A stretch of 64,000 nucleotides of DNA from a virus. A program made the position numbers and the translations under genes. Where the stretch lies: IMG/VR virus record IMGVR_UViG_3300025137_000027, positions 12,869-76,868 of that record; one strand, given 5' to 3'. The notes under the pieces were generated by a model. It did not search any database, was not told the origin of the DNA, and worked only from the letters and a program-made list of their open reading frames with translations. Numbering within the stretch: position 1 is the first letter of the stretch; each line of letters opens with the position of its first letter. Below, in pieces: positions 45,673 through 56,308 of this stretch.

Positions 45673-47871
45673 ATGACCCAGATCCCAAAACAAAAAATTG
45701 CTAGATCTCGCAAGTCCAAAGACTGGGCGCAGGACTGCATCCGTGCTTTTATCAATCGTTCGTCATTTAGCACGAGCACTAAGCACACGCTACAAACATA
45801 CTATGAGGCCTATAATGGGAATCTTAGAGAGGCGGATTACAACTATGTAACGAACCCTTATAATAGCGAAGCATGGGCTAAGAAGAACTTCCCAGCTCGA
45901 TTGCGTAACTACAATATTATCAAGCCTATCATAGACTTGCTCTTAGGAGAAAAAGCCAAGCGCCCGTTAGCTTACCAAGTTGTTGTACGCAATAGCGATA
46001 TCGAATCGCGGTTTGACAAGTTTCGGAAGACGCAGTTCCGTCAGTACCTAGACCAAGTCTTTGTTAACGAGGCAAACAAACAAGGCATTGCAACTGGACA
46101 AGAGTCTGCCGAACTGCCTGCTGCTGAGGAGTACATGGACCAAGTCTTTTCTAACTATAGGGATTCCCGTGCTATTATGGGGCAGGAGGTGTTGAATTAC
46201 CTATTCGATTGGCTCGGCATGGAGGATCAGATTCAAAAAATGTTCTTTGACTGGTTAGTTGCGGGGGAGTGCTATTCGTACAAAGACGTTTGCATGAACG
46301 ACGTGAGCTACGATGTGGTGTCTCCTTTAGATATTGACTTTGAGAAGGGGCCGGACGTAGAGTATATTGAAGACGCGGATTGGGTAGTACGACGCCAGGT
46401 CATGAGCGTTAACCAAGTAGTGGACCGTTTCTACGATGTTTTGACCCCAAAACAAATTGATCGGCTTGAAGCTCCTCATGGTAAATACCGTGATTCTGCA
46501 GGCGGGGCACAAAGCATGTTTAATACCAAGTCGGATGAAGACGACTCGGATCGTATGATAGAGGTAATGCATGTCTGTTGGAAGTCTTTCTCACGTGTAG
46601 GCATTTTGAGCTACATAGATGAGTTAGGACAGCCGCAGGAAGAAGTAGTAGACGAAACTTACTCGGTGGAAGAGAATGAGGAGATTAAATACTACTGGGT
46701 AAATGAAGTTTGGGAAGGGTATCAAATTGATAAAGACCTTTTTGTATCTCACCAACCTCATCCTGTACAGCGAAATGAGATGAATAATCTTTCTGTATGC
46801 AAGCTGCCATATAACGGCAGGGTATACAGCAATCGGCACAGCGATAACATAAGCGTTGTCAGCATGGGGCTGCCGTACCAAGTTCTTTACAATGTATTTC
46901 ATTACCGCCTAGAGCTGTCTATTGCTAAGAACAAAGACAAGATTATGCTTATGGAGATGAATACCATCCCTAAACGCCATGGTTGGGACGAAGAGAAGTT
47001 TATGTATTACGCGGATGCTATGGGCTACGCGTTTATTGACTCTACTGCAGAGGGCAAGAACAACGAACGTGTTACTTTTAATCAGTACCAAGTACTGGAC
47101 ATGTCTTTAGGTCAGTATATCGCGGCTCAGTTCCAACTACTGCAAGCTATTAAAGCTGAGTGGGAAGAAAACATTGGGGTCTCACGGCAACGCAAAGGGC
47201 AAGTAAAGACCTCTGATGGCGTAGGCACGACCGAACGCGCAGTATTTCAGTCTTCCGTTATCTCAGAAGAGATATTCAGACGATTCGAGTCTTTCTTAGA
47301 GCGCGAGTATGCAGGTTTAATTGACACAAGCAAGATTGCATGGCGAGAAGGCAAAAAGATGTCTTACGTAACCAGCGATTTGCGTACAGCCCTAGTGAGC
47401 GTAGACCCTCAAGAGTACCAAGAAGCTGAATACGGAGTATTTGTCAAGAATAACAGCCGCGAGCAGGACAAGTTAAACCAGATTAAGTCTTTGGCTTTAG
47501 CCTTTGCTCAGAACGGGCAGCAGCCTTCTACTATTGCGGAGATTATAGACAGCAACAACTTCAGTCAAATTAAAACTTTGATGGCAGAGGTTGATGAAAA
47601 GCAAAAAGAAATGCAAGAACAGGCTAGTCAAATGCAGCAGCAACAACTTCAAGCTCAAGCAGAGGCACAGGCTCAGGAAAAGCAAGGAGACCAGATGTTT
47701 GAAGCGGATCAAAACGACAAAGACCGCATGGTTCAACTAGAGCTTAAGAAAATGGAAGTTGCCTCTAAGTTGACTACAGATGCAGACGGTAATGGGCGTA
47801 AAGACGAGATTGACAAGGCTCGGTTAGACGTCGAAAAAGAAAAAGTGGCGCTCCAACGTCAAAAAGGTTGA
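45673..47871 (+). CDS. Portal protein
   Basis: 732 aa directly after TerL; FPARLRNYNIIKPIIDLLLGE, GVSRQRKG; C-terminal Gln-rich coiled coil. Confidence 0.9.
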   Translation: MTQIPKQKIARSRKSKDWAQDCIRAFINRSSFSTSTKHTLQTYYEAYNGNLREADYNYVTNPYNSEAWAKKNFPARLRNYNIIKPIIDLLLGEKAKRPLAYQVVVRNSDIESRFDKFRKTQFRQYLDQVFVNEANKQGIATGQESAELPAAEEYMDQVFSNYRDSRAIMGQEVLNYLFDWLGMEDQIQKMFFDWLVAGECYSYKDVCMNDVSYDVVSPLDIDFEKGPDVEYIEDADWVVRRQVMSVNQVVDRFYDVLTPKQIDRLEAPHGKYRDSAGGAQSMFNTKSDEDDSDRMIEVMHVCWKSFSRVGILSYIDELGQPQEEVVDETYSVEENEEIKYYWVNEVWEGYQIDKDLFVSHQPHPVQRNEMNNLSVCKLPYNGRVYSNRHSDNISVVSMGLPYQVLYNVFHYRLELSIAKNKDKIMLMEMNTIPKRHGWDEEKFMYYADAMGYAFIDSTAEGKNNERVTFNQYQVLDMSLGQYIAAQFQLLQAIKAEWEENIGVSRQRKGQVKTSDGVGTTERAVFQSSVISEEIFRRFESFLEREYAGLIDTSKIAWREGKKMSYVTSDLRTALVSVDPQEYQEAEYGVFVKNNSREQDKLNQIKSLALAFAQNGQQPSTIAEIIDSNNFSQIKTLMAEVDEKQKEMQEQASQMQQQQLQAQAEAQAQEKQGDQMFEADQNDKDRMVQLELKKMEVASKLTTDADGNGRKDEIDKARLDVEKEKVALQRQKG

Positions 47872-47928
47872 TATTAATAAAAAGAATAGACGGCAAATAT
47901 AATCCGTCATATAATTCGGTATATAAAA

Positions 47929-47936
47929 TACTTTTG
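47929..47936 (+). promoter_or_regulatory. Bacteroidota -7 promoter element
   Basis: TACTTTTG 5 nt before ATG 47942. Confidence 0.5.
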
Positions 47937-47941
47937 TAGGA

Positions 47942-49030
47942 ATGAGTGAAGAAAAATCATTGGATTTAAGCCAAGTTAGCGTAGCCAACTTGCTTAACAA
48001 TACGGGACAAACGGCAATTCCAACGCCCGAGCCAGAAGCAGTAGAAGAGCCAGAAGCAGTTGCTGAGACCCCCGAGGTTTCGGAAGAAGTGGAAGAGCAA
48101 GTAGAACAAGAAGAAGAAACGTCGGAAGACTCTGACGATTCTCCTGAAGTTCTTGCAGATACTGATACTGAAGCACCTGTAGAAGAAGATGTAAGTGTCA
48201 TCGATGTTTTAAAGTCCAAAATGGGCTACGAAATTGAAGGAGACTTTGCAGAAGACTACGACGGCGTTGCAAAGTTTGCAGATGCTGTAGCTCAAGAGAT
48301 TGCTAAAGAGCAGCTTGACACGGTATTCTCGCAATTTCCTGACGTAGAAGAGTACTTGCAGTTTCGTTACAACGGTGGCGATCCTAAACAATACTTTCAG
48401 GCAACCTCTCCTGTAGTAGACTATAGTGCTGTAGAGATAAGCGATGAAAACGTCGGTATCCAACGAGCTGTAGTAGAAGAGTTTTTACAACGCTCTGGGT
48501 ATACTAACGAAGAAGTTGCAGAAACAGTGCAGGACTACCTCGAGGCAGGCATTTTGCAGCGTCAGGCAACTAGAAGCTTAGGCAAGCTCCAACGGCTACA
48601 GGAGACTGAAGCTAAGGAAATTGTAGTAAAGCAAAAGCAGCAAGCGGAGCAGCGTCAAGAAGAAATGCAACAACAGTGGTCCTCTATTAAAGGCACCATT
48701 GATAAAGGCACAGTTAAAAACTTTGAAATCCCTACCTCTGATCGCAAGAAGTTTTATACTTGGATGAGCGAGGCGGTAGATAAACAAGGACGCACTCAGC
48801 GTCTAGTAGATAGAGAGCAAATGGACTTAGAAAGCCAAGTTGCTATGGAGTACTTGTTGTGGAAGAAGTTCGACCTCAACAAATTAGTAAGTAGTACTAA
48901 GAATACTAAAGCGGCACAGAACCTTAAGCAGAAACTGCAACAGAATAAACCCGCCTCACAGCGGATGAAGGGAGGTAAATCTTCTTTCAAAGCACCGAAG
49001 AAATTACCTTCATTGAAAGATCTTTTGTAA
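47942..49030 (+). CDS. Acidic scaffold-like protein
   Basis: Glu-rich disordered N-terminus and coiled coil; between portal and MCP. Confidence 0.65.
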   Translation: MSEEKSLDLSQVSVANLLNNTGQTAIPTPEPEAVEEPEAVAETPEVSEEVEEQVEQEEETSEDSDDSPEVLADTDTEAPVEEDVSVIDVLKSKMGYEIEGDFAEDYDGVAKFADAVAQEIAKEQLDTVFSQFPDVEEYLQFRYNGGDPKQYFQATSPVVDYSAVEISDENVGIQRAVVEEFLQRSGYTNEEVAETVQDYLEAGILQRQATRSLGKLQRLQETEAKEIVVKQKQQAEQRQEEMQQQWSSIKGTIDKGTVKNFEIPTSDRKKFYTWMSEAVDKQGRTQRLVDREQMDLESQVAMEYLLWKKFDLNKLVSSTKNTKAAQNLKQKLQQNKPASQRMKGGKSSFKAPKKLPSLKDLL

Positions 49031-49052
49031 CCCTTAATAATTAGTTTAAATC

Positions 49053-50480
49053 ATGTCTGCTGACAACATTAAAAAGCTTCGTTTATACGAAGACACGTTC
49101 AACAGTTCCTCGATGACTGATGAGAATAGCCTCGCAGCTGCTCTCATGACTCAACCCGACGTTCTGTCCCCTGTAATTACCCATCTTTCCGGCCAGGAAG
49201 ACAAGCGATTCCCGCTTTCTTACTTGACTGAAGGCATGGGTGCAACTAAGTACATCAACGATATTGAGTACGATTACCCAGTGATGGGCCGTATGAATAA
49301 AGCCGTAGAGTGTACTGCCCAATCTGGTACTGGTATAAACCATACTCGTATTAAATTAACTTTTGCTGAGCGATGGTTCGTTCGTCAATACATTCTTGAG
49401 GCTCCAGATGGAACGCAAGTACGTGTAATGGACGACCCCACTCCTGTAGCAGCAGGTTATGAGTATAGCGTTCAGCTCGTATCATCTGATGGTGCCGCCG
49501 TAACTAGTACTGCTTTTGCAAACAAGATGTTTGTTCAATTGTACGCTCCGGCTGCAATGAGCGGATCTCGTGGAAACGAAAGCCACTGGGTTGCCCCATC
49601 TAAAATGCGTAATCAAATCAGCTTGATTCGTAAGTCTTATGCGTACGAAGGCAACATGCCTGACCGCGTTGTAAACTTTGAATTCAATGTTGGTGGACGC
49701 TCTACTAACCTATGGTATGACTTTGAGGAGTACCAGCACATGTTGCGTTGGAAAGAAGAGACTGAATATGCATTGTGGTACAGCCAGTACAACCGTGACG
49801 CTGCAGGACTTATCCATATGAAGGATGACAATGGCAAGCCGATTTCTCTTGGTTCTGGTGTCTTTGAGCAGATTCCTAACGTGGATACCTACTCTGAGTT
49901 GACTACTGCTAAGATTAAGTCTGTTGTACGGGATGCTTTGTATGGGGCAACTGACGCACAACAGATGAACATCGTATTGTTCACTGGTATTGGGGGAATG
50001 GAAGAGTTTGACAACGCTATGAAGTCTGAGATTAGTGCCGGTTCTTATATCAAGAATACTGATCCTGCAAGCTTTATTGGCGGAAGCGGTAACAACCTTA
50101 AGCTAGGCGGTTACTTCACTTCTTACCAGCACATCGATGGGCACATCATCACTGTTCGCCACTTGCCTCTGTTTGACCACGGAGCACGTGCTTTGAATAG
50201 CGATCGTCACCCAGTGACTGGTCTTCCTTTGGAATCTTACCGCATGTGTTTCCTCGATATGAGCACATATGATGGTGAGCCAAACGTTCAGTACATTTCT
50301 CGTAAGGGACGTGAGCTAATGCGTTGGGCCGTTGCAGGTGCTTCTGTACCTCCTGGGTTCGGCGGAAACGCTCTCCGTGCTACTGACGTTGACGGTTCTT
50401 CTGTACACTTCATGAAGGAGTGTGGAATTGCAATCCGTCGTGCTACAAATTGCTTACTCTTGGATTGCACCAAGTCGTAA
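49053..50480 (+). CDS. Major capsid protein
   Basis: 475 aa; crAss-type MCP features (MTDENSL, MRNQISLIRKS, FTGIGGMEEFD); followed by a strong terminator. Confidence 0.9.
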   Translation: MSADNIKKLRLYEDTFNSSSMTDENSLAAALMTQPDVLSPVITHLSGQEDKRFPLSYLTEGMGATKYINDIEYDYPVMGRMNKAVECTAQSGTGINHTRIKLTFAERWFVRQYILEAPDGTQVRVMDDPTPVAAGYEYSVQLVSSDGAAVTSTAFANKMFVQLYAPAAMSGSRGNESHWVAPSKMRNQISLIRKSYAYEGNMPDRVVNFEFNVGGRSTNLWYDFEEYQHMLRWKEETEYALWYSQYNRDAAGLIHMKDDNGKPISLGSGVFEQIPNVDTYSELTTAKIKSVVRDALYGATDAQQMNIVLFTGIGGMEEFDNAMKSEISAGSYIKNTDPASFIGGSGNNLKLGGYFTSYQHIDGHIITVRHLPLFDHGARALNSDRHPVTGLPLESYRMCFLDMSTYDGEPNVQYISRKGRELMRWAVAGASVPPGFGGNALRATDVDGSSVHFMKECGIAIRRATNCLLLDCTKS

Positions 50481-50500
50481 CTGGTATTTTGGTTAGGATT

Positions 50501-50533
50501 GGGGGAGGTAGTGTGCCTCCCCCTTTTCTTTTT
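50501..50533 (+). terminator. Rho-independent terminator after MCP
   Basis: GGGGGAGG-TAGTGTG-CCTCCCCC-TTTTCTTTTT. Confidence 0.85.
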
Positions 50534-50562
50534 ATTAGAAACTCATTAGAAAAACAATAGAT

Positions 50563-51372
50563 ATGTCTTCACACCTCATCACCATTAACCGTCGACCTAA
50601 CTCGACAAACCTCCCAAATGAAATTTATACAGAGTCCAAGCGTAAGATTGGATCAGTATTTACTAGCGGAGGAGATATTATTAGAGGCCTGACTTTTGCA
50701 GAGCAGAAGCAGTACCTCCCTGAAATTATAGGACTTAGCCCCTCTGATCCCGAATTCAGTCGTAAATGCCGAGAATACTATTTGAACATGACTGTGTCTG
50801 TTCCTATGGCTGGGCTAGATCTTGAAGTTGGTTTAGACGAAGAAGGGCATCCTTTGAATGTACTTGATTACATTAAGTACAAGTTTGCTCTTGCACACCC
50901 CTTTGTTGTAACAGACGAGGAGCAGTTGACTGGCAGCAAGCGTATCCAGTATTTTATTAGCGATAACCGCAAGGAGCTTAAAGAAGCTAGTGCAAGTTTG
51001 GTTATTAGGAAAGATGCGTACAAGGAGTTTATTAAGCTGTGCGATAATGAAGACCGTATGAATATGGTTCTTCACGTGTATTCTTATGATCCTGGGTCAA
51101 TGACTAAGGATGAAAAAGAACTTCAATTAGAAGAGCTACAAGAAGATAATCCTCTTTACTTTATCGATATTTGTAAAGATAAAGATTTGGCTCTTACAGC
51201 TCTTATCAATGAAGCTCTAAGCGCAGAGGCCCTTCGTAAAGTAGGCAACAGTATATTAGACGGTGACATCACCCTAGGAGATTCTATGGAAGGCGCCGTT
51301 CTCTTCCTTAAGGATAAGAAAAATTCTAATGTTTTAACGGCAATCAAAGCCAAACTAAAGGCTTTCGCATGA
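50563..51372 (+). CDS. Conserved crAss-like structural-module protein downstream of MCP
   Basis: Position; PLNVLDYIKYKF motif. Confidence 0.6.
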   Translation: MSSHLITINRRPNSTNLPNEIYTESKRKIGSVFTSGGDIIRGLTFAEQKQYLPEIIGLSPSDPEFSRKCREYYLNMTVSVPMAGLDLEVGLDEEGHPLNVLDYIKYKFALAHPFVVTDEEQLTGSKRIQYFISDNRKELKEASASLVIRKDAYKEFIKLCDNEDRMNMVLHVYSYDPGSMTKDEKELQLEELQEDNPLYFIDICKDKDLALTALINEALSAEALRKVGNSILDGDITLGDSMEGAVLFLKDKKNSNVLTAIKAKLKAFA

Positions 51373-51373
51373 T

Positions 51374-52066
51374 ATGACTGTTCAAGAGATGCACTATGCT
51401 GTGGACCAGGGATTACAAAAAGTAGCCTCGTCGGTCTATGATTACTTCTTACCTGAAGAGGTTGACTTTTGGTTGAATCGGGCACAGGAAAGATTTATTA
51501 AGCAGCGTCTCTACAAACAGACTGATCCTAAAAAAGTCGGATTTGAAGGCAACATAAAGCGTATGGATGACCTCCGTATGCTTATTACAGTAGACTATGA
51601 AGATGGGGTGGTTCCATCTTCTAATGTAGACTTTGTAAACTTTGACTTGCCAATCGATTATATGTTCCTCGTCAATGCTCGCGTGCAATTTCACGTGAAC
51701 CATTGCGGGGAACAAGTCGATACTGCAGACCCTTTGGTTATCAGGGATTTAAGAATTGTTGAGCAAGACAAAGTATACCAGCACCAGCAGAATCCTTTTG
51801 GAAAAACTAGGGCTGAAGCTCCTGTAGCAACAATTTTTGACGACGACGTTAGGGTCTTTCAAGAGAAAGAAAAGTTTATATTAAAAACACTGCGGCTAGA
51901 TTACTTGCGGGTACCTGTTGACATTACGCTGTCAACTAGCGTAGATTGCGAACTCGCAGAACACACGCACCACGAGATTGTAGATCTCACGGTGAAAAGC
52001 ATCATCGAGGCCATAGAGTCGCCACGATACCAAACGACTTCTATCGAACAACAACAATCTGAGTAA
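51374..52066 (+). CDS. Tail ring/head-tail connector protein
   Basis: EEVDFWLNRAQ...GFEGNIKRMDDLR...YLRVP...CELAEHTHHEIV pattern of crAss-like ring proteins. Confidence 0.7.
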   Translation: MTVQEMHYAVDQGLQKVASSVYDYFLPEEVDFWLNRAQERFIKQRLYKQTDPKKVGFEGNIKRMDDLRMLITVDYEDGVVPSSNVDFVNFDLPIDYMFLVNARVQFHVNHCGEQVDTADPLVIRDLRIVEQDKVYQHQQNPFGKTRAEAPVATIFDDDVRVFQEKEKFILKTLRLDYLRVPVDITLSTSVDCELAEHTHHEIVDLTVKSIIEAIESPRYQTTSIEQQQSE

Positions 52067-53274
52067 TGAATAATCTTATATCTACGCTGGTAATTGAAGC
52101 TTTGGATTCAGCTATGGCAAATCAAACAGGGGCAACAGCAACAAGTATTGCGGACGCCGCAGCTACCAATCGTTTGGTTGTACAGCGTGACGGGGAGTTT
52201 GCTACTGGACAATTGACTAATACTACTGCAGCTCAACTCATTAAGCTTAGTGCTGCAACTACTATGTCTGATGGCACTGTATCCGTAATGTCTTCTTCAG
52301 AGTTTAAGTTAGCGGACATTATTTCTTCTAATTATGCTATTCCAAGTGCAGGCACTGCTGCTTCGTACGTTCTTGAGTTTGCAAATGCTGTTAAATTAGG
52401 AGGACAATTCTTTATTCGTCTAGAACGTAAGGATGGCGCAGGCATTAATGCTTCTGCTACTTTTTCCGGCGAAACTTTAGCTGAAGTAAAAGCGCAGTTT
52501 GACTTGCGGGCATCGTTTAATGACTTTGGCAATGTAGCTATGACTGCTACGGATGCCGACACAATGACAATTGCTGTAAGTGCTAAGGATTCAAATTCTG
52601 ACGTACACATCTCTACAAATGATGATGTTACTTTTACAGATGTAAATCCTGTAAATAAAAAAGGATCTCTTACTGTTGCTAAAGGCTTAGAGAAGTCTGG
52701 CTTTATTAGTCAAGGGGCTTATAACCAATATGGCTTTCCAATCGTTGTCCCAGAAACATCTACATCTGCAGGACAGGATTATGGTATTTATACTATCGAA
52801 CTCCGCAAAAAAGTTGCAGGTCGTTTCGTATTTGAGACAATTAAAGTTCTTATTGCGGACGATGAGGCTAACGCTCAAAAGACTGCTCAAGCGTTGAACA
52901 ATCTACTTGGACTGACTGCTGCAGATTCTACTGTGCCTACAGCTATTACTGCAACATCGTTTGTTACAAATGACGCTGGAGACACTGTTGCAGGTACAAC
53001 TTATACTGATGACGCTGCAGTTGCAATCTTTGTCAAGGCTACAGGATGCGAGGTTGGTACTACCATTACAATTACTTTAGAGTCTGATGGATCTGAGGCA
53101 AACCACGTACAAGCCTTTAGTGTTACTGATGCATCGGATGTTTACGCTATTACTGGGGTTGACTCTTCAACCTATGCAAATGGCGCAGTAGTCACTGCTA
53201 AAGCCATTCTTACAGATTCTTCAGGTAATGTCAGTGCTGCCGCATCTAGCGCAGGCACTGTAACTATCGCATAA
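52066..53274 (+). CDS. Auxiliary capsid/decoration-like protein with C-terminal Ig-like domain
   Basis: Ala/Thr-rich beta protein; C-terminal DSTVPT...TDSSGNVS; similar to the next gene. Confidence 0.5.
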   Translation: MNNLISTLVIEALDSAMANQTGATATSIADAAATNRLVVQRDGEFATGQLTNTTAAQLIKLSAATTMSDGTVSVMSSSEFKLADIISSNYAIPSAGTAASYVLEFANAVKLGGQFFIRLERKDGAGINASATFSGETLAEVKAQFDLRASFNDFGNVAMTATDADTMTIAVSAKDSNSDVHISTNDDVTFTDVNPVNKKGSLTVAKGLEKSGFISQGAYNQYGFPIVVPETSTSAGQDYGIYTIELRKKVAGRFVFETIKVLIADDEANAQKTAQALNNLLGLTAADSTVPTAITATSFVTNDAGDTVAGTTYTDDAAVAIFVKATGCEVGTTITITLESDGSEANHVQAFSVTDASDVYAITGVDSSTYANGAVVTAKAILTDSSGNVSAAASSAGTVTIA

Positions 53275-53296
53275 TATTACCCTTAATTTTTAAATC

Positions 53297-54115
53297 ATGT
53301 CTCATACTAAGACTGTTCTCGTCTCTAATGACGCCGCCGCTACTTCAACAACTGTAGCTAGTGGCAAACTTGTTGCTTTTGTTGATGGTTCTGCTGTTGC
53401 TAGTAGCGCACCATGGGCTGCTATTAATGCTTCTGGCTCTGCTGCTAAAACCTTTCAGTTCCAAACTGGTGAAGGAAGCTCTTTGCTTTTTAAAGGCGCT
53501 GATGTAAAATCTTCTACAATTCAAGATTACGTAGCTGGTACACAGCAAATCTTGGAGGTTACGCCTGTAGTTGAAGCAGATGGATCTGCATTTATTAAGC
53601 TTATCAATGTAACTGAAGGCCGAGAGAAGTTCACTATTGCTACTTTTGAAGCTCCTGCAAAGGCGGGTCAAAACGATGCTGCTGCTGTAGATCTTTTGGT
53701 TCTCGCTATCAATGCTTCTAAGCGTGACATCTTCAAAGATGTTCAAGCTGCTGAAAAGAGTGGTGCTGCTACTGTGATTCAAATCACTATGCCTTTGAAT
53801 GTAAGCATGCGAGGAGCATCTAATGACGCTTCTTCTGCTGTTGTGGTGGCTACTGCTCCTGTTTTTTCTATTGGCGCACCCGCTGATGTAAATGCCGAAG
53901 TTCAAGCCGCTCTTCCTATCCAAGGTGTTACTAACATTGCAGGACCTAACGTAGTAAAGCCTGCAGTTGTTACTGGAGCTAATACCTACGATCGGACTTG
54001 TTTGTTTGTAGAGCAGACGCACGGTAACCGCACAGACATTCATGAGATTGTTTTGTATACCCTTGCTGCTAACACTACTTTGAACGGTACGCTGGATACT
54101 TTCTTGGCATCATAA
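53297..54115 (+). CDS. Auxiliary capsid/decoration-like protein (paralogue)
   Basis: Shares motifs with 52066-53274. Confidence 0.5.
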   Translation: MSHTKTVLVSNDAAATSTTVASGKLVAFVDGSAVASSAPWAAINASGSAAKTFQFQTGEGSSLLFKGADVKSSTIQDYVAGTQQILEVTPVVEADGSAFIKLINVTEGREKFTIATFEAPAKAGQNDAAAVDLLVLAINASKRDIFKDVQAAEKSGAATVIQITMPLNVSMRGASNDASSAVVVATAPVFSIGAPADVNAEVQAALPIQGVTNIAGPNVVKPAVVTGANTYDRTCLFVEQTHGNRTDIHEIVLYTLAANTTLNGTLDTFLAS

Positions 54116-54125
54116 CTTATAAAAT

Positions 54126-54677
54126 ATGGCTACAGGATATTGGAGACTTAAAGCGGTGTCTGGCAACTTTCAGTTGTTCGATCATCTGCCAAACGCCACT
54201 ACGCGGACAACCCTCATAGTGAAGGTTACCATTCCTGGAGCCACAACGGAAGAAACTTTATCTGCTGGCATTATAGGCGGCGCTGGAGACTATACGTTGG
54301 CTAACCCTTGGTCCAACCCTGTGAAAATCGAACCGGCTGATGTTACGGCTGAAACCGGTTCGACTTTCAGGGATGGGATCTATAGGTTTAATATTTCCTT
54401 TGTTATTGGGAGTGATACGTATGCGTTTGATGAACGCATCTTGTATATTCCTATTATTGATGCTGCTATTAGCACTAAGCTCGATGCATACCTCGCAGGA
54501 GTGTGTGACAAGTGTGCTAACGGTGGTTTGTTAGATACCCTGCAAGAACTTGTTTCGCTACGGCAAGGTGCTCAGCTAGATTTAAATGCTGGACGTAATA
54601 CTGCTGCTGCAAAAAAGGTTACCTTAATGTCCAATATCTCTACAGGGGCATCATGCAACTGTATTTGCGGTTGCTAA
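54126..54677 (+). CDS. Tail hub-like structural protein
   Basis: FRDGIYRF motif, CDKC and C-terminal CNCICGC. Confidence 0.5.
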   Translation: MATGYWRLKAVSGNFQLFDHLPNATTRTTLIVKVTIPGATTEETLSAGIIGGAGDYTLANPWSNPVKIEPADVTAETGSTFRDGIYRFNISFVIGSDTYAFDERILYIPIIDAAISTKLDAYLAGVCDKCANGGLLDTLQELVSLRQGAQLDLNAGRNTAAAKKVTLMSNISTGASCNCICGC

Positions 54678-54678
54678 T

Positions 54679-56295
54679 ATGATTTTACTCGCCACGGATT
54701 ATAGTTCTACAGCAGAATTAACTGCAGCTATTGATACATACTTGTCTAATGCAGCTGACATTTATGTGACAAAAGCCACGTACGATATAAGCCGAGACTG
54801 CGATCAAACAGATTTCTTTATCAATGTCTTGCATCACCAGGTAAAAAATGGTTACCAAGACAGAGAGCTATACTCTGGCTTTGACGACTACGTAACCCCG
54901 CCTCCTGTACAAGCTATTAGTTATTTAGACGGCTTTAATATTACTTATGGTACTCAGCCTGCGACTTACACGGAAGGTGCTGCTGTTACAATAACTGTAA
55001 TTAGCGGTAACTCTGCTGTACAGATTCTTAACACTGATATTACATTAACTTTTGGTACGGAGGTATTCACGGTTACAGCTAATGCTCAAGGCATTGCTAC
55101 TTTTACCTTTACCCCTACTACTCAAGGTCCTGTTACAGTTACCTCTGCTTTGTCTTCAGCAGCATCTAATGCTATTGCCCTCGGGTACCACGGAGTAAAT
55201 GTAGATACGTCTACCTACTCTATAGACTCGACTGCTACTTACGGCTTGACTTTGAATTCAGGCATTCTAGCTGTAGGAGACGGGAATACTCCGACTGGTT
55301 TTGGCGCCATAAATGTCAACGATTTAACAAATGCGCTAACCATGAGCGCGAGTAGCCGACTACTGTTTACTAAGCATGCAACTGTTGAGATAGGGAGTCT
55401 CTTTTATAACCCTGGCGTTGGCGGTACGTTAAGTTACACCATAACGCCAGTTGCAGGAGACTACACTTTTGGCGCTATCTCTGGGCAGTCAAAAAGCATT
55501 GATAATTTGCGTTACAACTACGCAATTACAGACAGTGATGGCTCTCCCTCGTCTACAATAAGTTCTCTTATAACTCATGCTGCTAACACTTTAGCTGCAG
55601 ATGGTTCATTTACAGGCACCATTCCTATTTCGGCTGCTTTTAATAATCCGTTGTTAGTAGTATTCGCTTTAGCAAATGCTTACAATAAAGCGGTTATAAC
55701 TGCTGCTAATTTAACAGGTTTACAGGCTACAATTAGTGCCAACGATTCTTTTGAACCAGGGGACACTGTGGTTGTAACAGTTAGTGACGGAACGGGAGAT
55801 GCAAATGTTACTGGAAGCCTTTTGTACTTAGAAGGGTATGCTACTTCTGCTTTAACCGGCACCCCCTTAGTGACTACTTCGGGATTTGTAACTGCTACTA
55901 ATGCGGGAACGTTATCGCTGGCTATTCCGAGTACACTGGACCAAGACCTCTTCTTAAAGACGGGTTATACATTTTACAATGTAATAAACTCTGTTACTGT
56001 AGCATACATACCAGGAACAATTGCTGATGTAGCTTCGATAATGGTTATTACTACAAACGTAACTTATTACACTGCTGTAGGTCAAACTATTACAGTTACC
56101 GTTACTATGCAGGGAAGCAATAGTCGCACAGCTTATAAACTTACTTTACTTGCCCAAGAAGTAGGCACAAGTAATTTACATACAGTTGCGACAGCTGACC
56201 AATCCAGTGCTGTCTCTTACACCTTTCAGCCGAATTCTGGCGATCTTACAGGCACAAAATCAATTGTGTTAAACGCCAGTTTAGTAGCAGTCTAA
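54679..56295 (+). CDS. Structural protein with Ig-like domains
   Basis: Thr/Ala-rich beta-sandwich repeats (e.g. VTANAQGIATFTFTP). Confidence 0.5.
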   Translation: MILLATDYSSTAELTAAIDTYLSNAADIYVTKATYDISRDCDQTDFFINVLHHQVKNGYQDRELYSGFDDYVTPPPVQAISYLDGFNITYGTQPATYTEGAAVTITVISGNSAVQILNTDITLTFGTEVFTVTANAQGIATFTFTPTTQGPVTVTSALSSAASNAIALGYHGVNVDTSTYSIDSTATYGLTLNSGILAVGDGNTPTGFGAINVNDLTNALTMSASSRLLFTKHATVEIGSLFYNPGVGGTLSYTITPVAGDYTFGAISGQSKSIDNLRYNYAITDSDGSPSSTISSLITHAANTLAADGSFTGTIPISAAFNNPLLVVFALANAYNKAVITAANLTGLQATISANDSFEPGDTVVVTVSDGTGDANVTGSLLYLEGYATSALTGTPLVTTSGFVTATNAGTLSLAIPSTLDQDLFLKTGYTFYNVINSVTVAYIPGTIADVASIMVITTNVTYYTAVGQTITVTVTMQGSNSRTAYKLTLLAQEVGTSNLHTVATADQSSAVSYTFQPNSGDLTGTKSIVLNASLVAV

Positions 56296-56308
56296 TAAAA
56301 TAAGAAAA

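Noticed and set aside
34950-50480. Introns or inteins in polA, terL or MCP
   Set aside because: All are continuous and of ordinary length, with no intein (C...HN) or homing-endonuclease insertions evident
53345-54043. 232-aa antisense ORF
   Set aside because: Ser-rich shadow of the Ala/Thr-rich + strand structural gene (GCT/ACT codon bias); no motifs
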